Translations under genes and position numbers: made by a program
Source: a virus
Taxonomy: Duplodnaviria > Heunggongvirae > Uroviricota > Caudoviricetes
Virus record (IMG/VR): IMGVR_UViG_3300032257_000002
Span: 1 to 64,000 of that record
Reading direction: 5' to 3' (one strand)
Length of the DNA: 64,000 nt
Shown here: positions 57,830 to 64,000 of the stretch, piece by piece
Position numbering within the stretch: position 1 is the stretch's first letter
How the letters are laid out: each line of letters begins with the position of its first letter
Notes under the pieces: model-generated
Databases searched by the model: none
What the model was told of the DNA's origin: nothing
The model's input: the letters and a program-made list of their open reading frames with translations, nothing else

Positions 57830-60800
57830 ATGACAAACGAAGATATGAATATGTGGCAGGAGAGGCTGCAAAGTAATACTGAGGCCTTCTATCCTGACTC
57901 ACCGATAGAGACTCCTCCAGCACTAAATAAAATCAGTACACTAGCTAAAAATAAAGATCAGAAACTAAACAACCTATCCGGCAATCAACTACAAATGGGG
58001 CTATCTAACCTATTTACAGATGCGCTAGTTTTAAAGGATGATGATGGTCGCTATATTCAAAAAACGCAAGTAGGTGCAGATGGTAACGCAGAATTTCTCA
58101 AAGAGAGAATACCTGATACAACACTAAAAAGCTATTATGATAAAGAGCTCGGGGAAACAGTAACTTACGATAGAGACACTACACGTAACCTGTACTTGTT
58201 CGGTCCTGAAGCAATGAAAGGTGCACCCGCCTATAAAGCTGGATTAGCTGACCGTGATGCTGGCGCTAAAGCACGATATAACCCAAATGACCCTGGAGCA
58301 CTACTAGAGACGCAGAATCGCATAGACTTGTTCGTAAAACATCGTGGACGACAACCTACTGCTCAAGAAGTAGAAAAACTAAAATATGGATGGGAGACTG
58401 GTCCTGAAGGCGTGCAAGCAGGCGCTGAACCATTAATGAATACTGAGTTTGAGTATGACGCCGCTACTAAATACGAAGATATGCTGCATCATAATATTGG
58501 AATGGATGCCGCAGCAAAACTGGATCAGGATATATACTCTCACTACTTAACCAGTGGTAGAAGTCCTGAGTTCTTAAAGACTCACCCTAAATTTGCGGCT
58601 CAATACGCAGCTCTAGGCAGTGGTGCAAGTGAATACTACAATGTGGATAATCCATTGATGTCAGGAGGTGGACCTACAGACTTACCTTCTGAATACCAGA
58701 TAGATACAAAACCATCATCAGGCTACGTAGGTGCTATGAAAGGTACTACTAAAGACAGAGATGAAATGCTAGGTGAATCAGTGGATATTGCACAATCTAG
58801 CCTAGTACAAGCGTGGGGTAAAGCTAATAAGCTGCTAGTAGACTCTACAAAAGCTATCGGTAATAAGCTAGGATTCTCACAGAAGCAGATGGATGAGTTT
58901 GTATCTGATGAGTCTGGTATATTCGGTACGAAGTTCGATAACCTAGCTAAACGCGAAGTGGCTGATAAGATCACTGGTGTAATGGCTAAGACTCGTGAAG
59001 AACAACAAGCTGGAATGGATGACGCGCTAGCAAATATAAAAAAAGGCAACTATGCTGAGGCGTCATTCGACGTATTCAAAGTACTGCCGTATATGCTAGG
59101 TGATAGTGCAGGGGAAATGGCTCAGATAGCAATGGGTGCTCCAGGTATAGCTATGGCTGTCGGAGCACGTGTAAACATGGATGCTGAAGAGTACGAAAAG
59201 AATAATGGAGAAAAGCCTGATACAAACTGGTTCCTAGGCAGTACGCTAACAAATGCAGCAGCTCTATTCGGAGAAAGATTTCTACTAAAAAGTGGTATCT
59301 CAGGTATCATAGAAAAAGGTGTAGCAAAAGCACAGAGAACTGGTGGTGTAGCGTTGTCGACTGTCGGTGAAGCTGCACAAGAATACTTCGATCAAGTACA
59401 ACAAGAATACCAAACACAAAAAGAAGGTGATAAGTCACTGGTAGAGATTGCAACAAGTCCAGAAGCGCAACTATCTGCTGTAGCTGGTGGTGTAATGGGT
59501 GGAGCTCTGCGAGGAGCAGGTGAAACGACTTCAGGAACACTAGAGACACTAAACGAAATAGCAGTACAACAATCGAATAAGCGAAAGAAAGCAGAAGAAC
59601 AGCAAAAAGTTGAAAGTGGAGATGTAACTAGTGTAACCGGCAAAGTAGCTACAGAAGCTACGGAAAACTTCCTAACTAGCGTTGAGAGTAGTGAAGTACT
59701 AGATGATGCTACCAAAAAAGACGCTACAGCTATACGTGACAATACCCTAACAGAGGTAGAATCACTAAGTGAAAGACTAACTAATCTGGACCCTGAATCA
59801 GATGAGTATGCAGATGTGGAAAGTGTACTGGAGACTAAACTAGGTCATCTAGAAAGACTAAATACAATCGTGCCGGCAGATCAGACTACTGATACAGCAG
59901 AGACTACTACAAAAGAAACAGTAACTAAAGAACAACTTCAGAGAGCACAGGATATAGTGGCTAAGTATGATGCTGTTGAAGATCGAGCTCTAACAGCTGA
60001 TGAACTAAATGAAGTAGGTGCGGCTAGAGTACTACTAGAGGAAGCAGCAACACTAAACACTACAAAGTCTGCTGAACAGGTAACCGAAGATCCGGTGGCA
60101 CTACAGACAGAACTAGATACTATAGACCCTACTGAAGGAAAGCGTAGCGCTAAAAGAGCTGTGGAGATCGAAGCTAAACTGGATGCTGCAATACCACAAG
60201 TCGAAGAACGACTAGGTACTATAGGGGAAGAAATCTCTGTACTAAGTCAAGACGAAGAGGCTAACGTAGACCAAATAGCAGCACTGATCGCTGAGCAAGA
60301 TACACTAGGTAAAATAGTAACTGCTAAGGAAACTAAAACAGTAGAAGCACGCCAGAAAACGTATGATGAACTCATAGATGCTACTATAGAAGAAGGTGTA
60401 GCTACTAAAGAAATTCCGGATACTAAAGAAGCAAGAGAACAAGTACGCGAAATGCTGAAAGAGAGAATGCCTAAGTTCTCTGCTGAGCTGTCTCAAGATA
60501 TAGAACGTAGTGATCTACAGCTGACATCTGCTATCAGTGAATCTAAGGATATCCGTGGAGTAGTAGAGAAGGGTGGTAAGAAAGAAACTCTACAAGATGT
60601 AACTACTGTAACAGATTCTACTATAGACTCTATGGTAAAAGGTAAAACTGAACTAGGTGACCTAGCTAAGCTGACTATGGGTAGATTCGTAAGTAAGGTA
60701 CAAGAAAGACTGAAACAGCATCTATCTAAAGGTGCACCAGTACAGAAGACTCTAGAGAAAATCTACACTAAAGTAAAGGAAGCTGTAACTTCTGGTAATA

Positions 60801-63800
60801 AGGCAGTAGAAAAACTAGCTACGTTGACAGAAGGTGAAGTAACATCTGAACGTGTGATGAGAGCAGCTGCTATCGCTGTAGCAAATGTACATAAAAGTAT
60901 CAAGTCGGAAGAAGATATACAAGCAAATAAAGGTATCTATACTCCGGTAGACTATACACGTGTAAGTAATATAGTAGTGCAGATCGGTAAAGAGTACATG
61001 AACTCGTATGGTATGAGACTGTCTGGCAATAACGTGAAGACTAATGAACTGTATGCTAAGATCGGTCAGACTATCCTGGATGCTGCACAAGACCTAGGTA
61101 TGGTACAAGTGCAGAAACAGCGTATACCACTAATCGATATGGTAGATGCTGATGGTATGAGGATCACTAAGAGTAATCCAGATAACCTAGTGGTAACACA
61201 GACTGACGGAGTAACGTATGTCGATGAAGACGTAGTGAGTATAGTAGAACCAGAAGCAGATAAAGGTGAAGCGTCAATAGGTAAAGCTATGGATACACTG
61301 ATCGGTGCACTGCGTCCTACTACATATGAAGTACCGACAGAACAACCAGTGACTGAGGTCCCTACCGATAATAATGAAGCTATATCGAAAGAGCATACTG
61401 AAGTAATTCAGAAGATGAATGCTATGAAATTCAGAATAAAGCCTGAGTTTCTACAGCTGCTGAAAGACCTAAAGAAACGTAAAGAAGACCTAGGTCTTTC
61501 AATGGATCAATTCCTCAGCAGAGATCCGATAGCAAAAGCTATGATCGGTGTGAACACTGCAGGTACGATGCTGACTAAAACATCTGAGCAAGGTAGAAGG
61601 CTGAACCGATCGGATAACCTAGCTAAGCTACTAGATAACCTAGAGATGCTAGATGAGGACTTCCACTTCAACTATGAGAGTGCTGTCAATACTCGTATAC
61701 ACGTAATGCAAACACTGCTGGAGTTCCAGGGTGATAAATATATGGCTAGAAACATCCTAAGTGGAGCTGAGTATGAGATCGATCCGTCTACAGAAGAAGG
61801 TAAACAAGAACTACATGTTCTAAAAGAAGCTATAGCCGATGACCTATTCGGTGATCCTGCTAAACTGGACCTAGTGGATAAATCTAAACAGCCTGAAACT
61901 AATAAAGATATAGCGAAGCTAAAAACACTAGATAAATGGGTAGCTAACTATAATAAGACTGGGAAGTTCCACATAGAAGATGCTGGAAAGATGGCTAAAG
62001 AACTAGGTATGTCTAGTCCGTTCAAAGCTATGTCACTAGTAAAAGCAGTAGCTGAACTGAATGGTGTAGCTGACGGTAAAGTAAAAACTGACTATATGGG
62101 TCAATTCGATATGAGTGCGTCTGGAGTAATCAATACACTACTAGATCTAGTTGGTGAACCTGGTGTAAATGAAATACTAGATAAACTGCGTACTGGTGAG
62201 ATGGACCCGTACATGTATCTAAACAGTATACTAGAAGAGCAGACTAGTGAGACATATGAAACACTGAAAGCTACAATGGCTGAGATAAACGAGAATATCG
62301 ATATCGATAGTCGTGATATGGCTAAGTATACCGTAATGAAGTGGTTCTACGGAGCTGCGAATGAGACAGTGGCTAGAGAGATGTCACATGACCTAGCTGT
62401 AGATATAGTGATGGAAGGTGTTACAGGATTCAATGATGATGCTGTGGCATTCCTGAATAAAGCGATCGGTAGTAATAAGTACGTAGTAGATGTACTAAGT
62501 GAGGACCAAAGTGGTACTCCTGTGTATGATATAACTCCTGATGATATGAAAGCCTTCGAAAGCTGGATCGTCGATAACATCGCAAAACCATATGTAGAAC
62601 TACTACCTAAAGCATTCCCTGCTGTAGTCGCGTATCATAAGACAATGTCAGAAATCTATACTGGACTAGAACGTCTAGGATGGGATGGCAAGATCGGTAC
62701 TGCGATGAGCGCTATGCTAGGTGATGGTAACAAGTTCAAGATGAGCACGAAGAAAGCTAAAGCTATGCTCAATATGCTGACTAATGAAAAAGGTGAAGTA
62801 GAGGTAGGTGGTAAATTCATTCCAGTGAATGAGATGTTCCTAAACCAAACATCACTGAAAGTAAATCCTCAGCACGCTGCTGATGCTGCTCAGCTACTGA
62901 TCACTATGCAACACCTAATGGAAGAGTTCGGCGAAGATGCTATAACAGCAATGACAGTACACGATGCTATATATACGAGCCCGAAACTACTGATCGCTGC
63001 TAAAGCTAGATTCGAAGAACTGCTGAAAGAAGTAGCTATCAAGTATGACTTCAGAGATATGGCACTAAGAGAGCTAGAATCCCTACTAGAGAATCTTCCT
63101 GAGGATCAAAAAGATAGTGAGTCGGCTCTAGAGAAAAGAGTAGCAGAACTACGTAAAGAGATAGATGAAAGTCGTGCTCGTAAGAAGGATATCCTAACTA
63201 ATCCTGAGTACACAACTAACTTCTTCGGAAGTAAGACGATCGAAGTGCAACCGACAGGAAAGATAAGTCTAGATGAGACTGCAAAGCCTACGAAAAAAGC
63301 ACCAAGTGCGGAAGCTATCAAGAAAGAGATGGAAAGACGTAAGGCTGAAAAAGAAGCAGAGAAAGCGAAGCCAAGTAGTATAGATAAACTGTATACAGCT
63401 ATTGAAAGTAAAGATACTGAAGCTATAATCGAAGCTATAGAAAACATAGAAGTCTCAGAAAAGTATATATCTCTGAAAGAGAAAGTACTGAAAAATCTGA
63501 CGTCTGATGAGATCACTATACATGAAGGTGAAGACTTCGCAGGTGGATATGGTCGTATCTGGATGGGTGACAAAGGTGCTATACTAAAAGAGATGACAAC
63601 TGGTGAAAATCAAGGTGATACACTGATGAAAATCATGTCTCACGAGATAGACCACGGGTATACGTATAGTTATATAGAGAAAGCACTACAAGGTAAGAAG
63701 CCTGCTGAGATCATATATCTCCAGAGAGTGCTAAGTAAACTAGAGAAAGCGATGAAGACCTCTAACTTCAGACCAGAGGTACAGGAACGTCTAGCATATA

Positions 63801-64000
63801 TACTAGATAGTAATGTGACTACAGATAACCTAGAAGCTCATAGAATAAGTGAGCTGATCTCAGTAATGAGGAATGAGCCTAAAGTGGCAGAGGCTATAAG
63901 TGGTATACTAAGTGAGCAGAGTAAGAAGACTCTATTCCAACACATAGCGAAAATCATCAAAGATATAGTAGACTATGTCAAGAAGATTGGTGTAGATAAA
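57830..64000 (+). CDS. giant virion-associated RNA polymerase (N4 vRNAP-like), first 2,057 codons; gene continues past window end
   Basis: Uninterrupted frame from ATG 57830 to the window end. T7-like motif A QFDMSASGVINTLLDL (62102-62149) and motif C TVHDAIYT (about 62951-62974). Upstream LTMGR. HEIDH zincin-like motif at 63641-63655. Confidence 0.7.
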   Translation, partial: MTNEDMNMWQERLQSNTEAFYPDSPIETPPALNKISTLAKNKDQKLNNLSGNQLQMGLSNLFTDALVLKDDDGRYIQKTQVGADGNAEFLKERIPDTTLKSYYDKELGETVTYDRDTTRNLYLFGPEAMKGAPAYKAGLADRDAGAKARYNPNDPGALLETQNRIDLFVKHRGRQPTAQEVEKLKYGWETGPEGVQAGAEPLMNTEFEYDAATKYEDMLHHNIGMDAAAKLDQDIYSHYLTSGRSPEFLKTHPKFAAQYAALGSGASEYYNVDNPLMSGGGPTDLPSEYQIDTKPSSGYVGAMKGTTKDRDEMLGESVDIAQSSLVQAWGKANKLLVDSTKAIGNKLGFSQKQMDEFVSDESGIFGTKFDNLAKREVADKITGVMAKTREEQQAGMDDALANIKKGNYAEASFDVFKVLPYMLGDSAGEMAQIAMGAPGIAMAVGARVNMDAEEYEKNNGEKPDTNWFLGSTLTNAAALFGERFLLKSGISGIIEKGVAKAQRTGGVALSTVGEAAQEYFDQVQQEYQTQKEGDKSLVEIATSPEAQLSAVAGGVMGGALRGAGETTSGTLETLNEIAVQQSNKRKKAEEQQKVESGDVTSVTGKVATEATENFLTSVESSEVLDDATKKDATAIRDNTLTEVESLSERLTNLDPESDEYADVESVLETKLGHLERLNTIVPADQTTDTAETTTKETVTKEQLQRAQDIVAKYDAVEDRALTADELNEVGAARVLLEEAATLNTTKSAEQVTEDPVALQTELDTIDPTEGKRSAKRAVEIEAKLDAAIPQVEERLGTIGEEISVLSQDEEANVDQIAALIAEQDTLGKIVTAKETKTVEARQKTYDELIDATIEEGVATKEIPDTKEAREQVREMLKERMPKFSAELSQDIERSDLQLTSAISESKDIRGVVEKGGKKETLQDVTTVTDSTIDSMVKGKTELGDLAKLTMGRFVSKVQERLKQHLSKGAPVQKTLEKIYTKVKEAVTSGNKAVEKLATLTEGEVTSERVMRAAAIAVANVHKSIKSEEDIQANKGIYTPVDYTRVSNIVVQIGKEYMNSYGMRLSGNNVKTNELYAKIGQTILDAAQDLGMVQVQKQRIPLIDMVDADGMRITKSNPDNLVVTQTDGVTYVDEDVVSIVEPEADKGEASIGKAMDTLIGALRPTTYEVPTEQPVTEVPTDNNEAISKEHTEVIQKMNAMKFRIKPEFLQLLKDLKKRKEDLGLSMDQFLSRDPIAKAMIGVNTAGTMLTKTSEQGRRLNRSDNLAKLLDNLEMLDEDFHFNYESAVNTRIHVMQTLLEFQGDKYMARNILSGAEYEIDPSTEEGKQELHVLKEAIADDLFGDPAKLDLVDKSKQPETNKDIAKLKTLDKWVANYNKTGKFHIEDAGKMAKELGMSSPFKAMSLVKAVAELNGVADGKVKTDYMGQFDMSASGVINTLLDLVGEPGVNEILDKLRTGEMDPYMYLNSILEEQTSETYETLKATMAEINENIDIDSRDMAKYTVMKWFYGAANETVAREMSHDLAVDIVMEGVTGFNDDAVAFLNKAIGSNKYVVDVLSEDQSGTPVYDITPDDMKAFESWIVDNIAKPYVELLPKAFPAVVAYHKTMSEIYTGLERLGWDGKIGTAMSAMLGDGNKFKMSTKKAKAMLNMLTNEKGEVEVGGKFIPVNEMFLNQTSLKVNPQHAADAAQLLITMQHLMEEFGEDAITAMTVHDAIYTSPKLLIAAKARFEELLKEVAIKYDFRDMALRELESLLENLPEDQKDSESALEKRVAELRKEIDESRARKKDILTNPEYTTNFFGSKTIEVQPTGKISLDETAKPTKKAPSAEAIKKEMERRKAEKEAEKAKPSSIDKLYTAIESKDTEAIIEAIENIEVSEKYISLKEKVLKNLTSDEITIHEGEDFAGGYGRIWMGDKGAILKEMTTGENQGDTLMKIMSHEIDHGYTYSYIEKALQGKKPAEIIYLQRVLSKLEKAMKTSNFRPEVQERLAYILDSNVTTDNLEAHRISELISVMRNEPKVAEAISGILSEQSKKTLFQHIAKIIKDIVDYVKKIGVDK

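Noticed and set aside
58723-63573. Several 60-155-aa minus-strand ORFs (Ser/Leu-rich)
   Set aside because: All are antisense within the single long vRNAP frame (57830 to window end). Low-complexity shadow ORFs.

Overview
This 64-kb window is an AT-rich, densely coded region of an N4-like (Schitoviridae-type) podophage genome. It is made of two divergent transcription blocks that meet at a repeat-rich non-coding hub (about 26.13-26.69 kb). The hub may contain the junction of the physical genome ends. The minus-strand block (1-26,127) starts with small early genes interspersed with three copies of a UUCG-capped hairpin. It then carries a 664-aa single-chain T7-like RNA polymerase that looks like a fusion of the two N4 RNAPII subunits. 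Next come many small ORFs, a membrane module (SPFH protein, SLT transglycosylase, a 451-aa helical protein), two tRNA genes in a 1.4-kb non-coding island, ThyX, a trifunctional Pnkp-like RNA-repair enzyme, and a VWA/zincin plus MoxR-like AAA+ ATPase pair. The plus-strand block (26,689-64,000) starts with five tightly coupled small genes, a homing endonuclease and a terminator-like hairpin. It continues with a canonical N4-order late region: putative TerS, TerL, appendage/fibre genes, a lysis cassette (holin, spanin-like pair, GH108 endolysin), portal, a scaffold-like acidic protein, major capsid protein, an inserted HNH homing endonuclease and tail proteins. It ends with the first 2,057 codons of a giant virion RNA polymerase that has T7-like catalytic motifs. 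The most unusual signal is a family of at least 15 otherwise unrelated small proteins, many Cys-rich, spread over five loci on both arms. All of them end in the same C-terminal tail x-[H/Y]-P-E-x-x-[I/V]-COOH. Other findings include a recurrent T7-promoter-like 23-mer, an iteron-like GTACC dyad array, a conserved late-promoter-like element, a gene with an in-frame TGA, and two tRNAs whose anticodon loops look non-canonical. All calls come from reading the sequence; no database searches were run.
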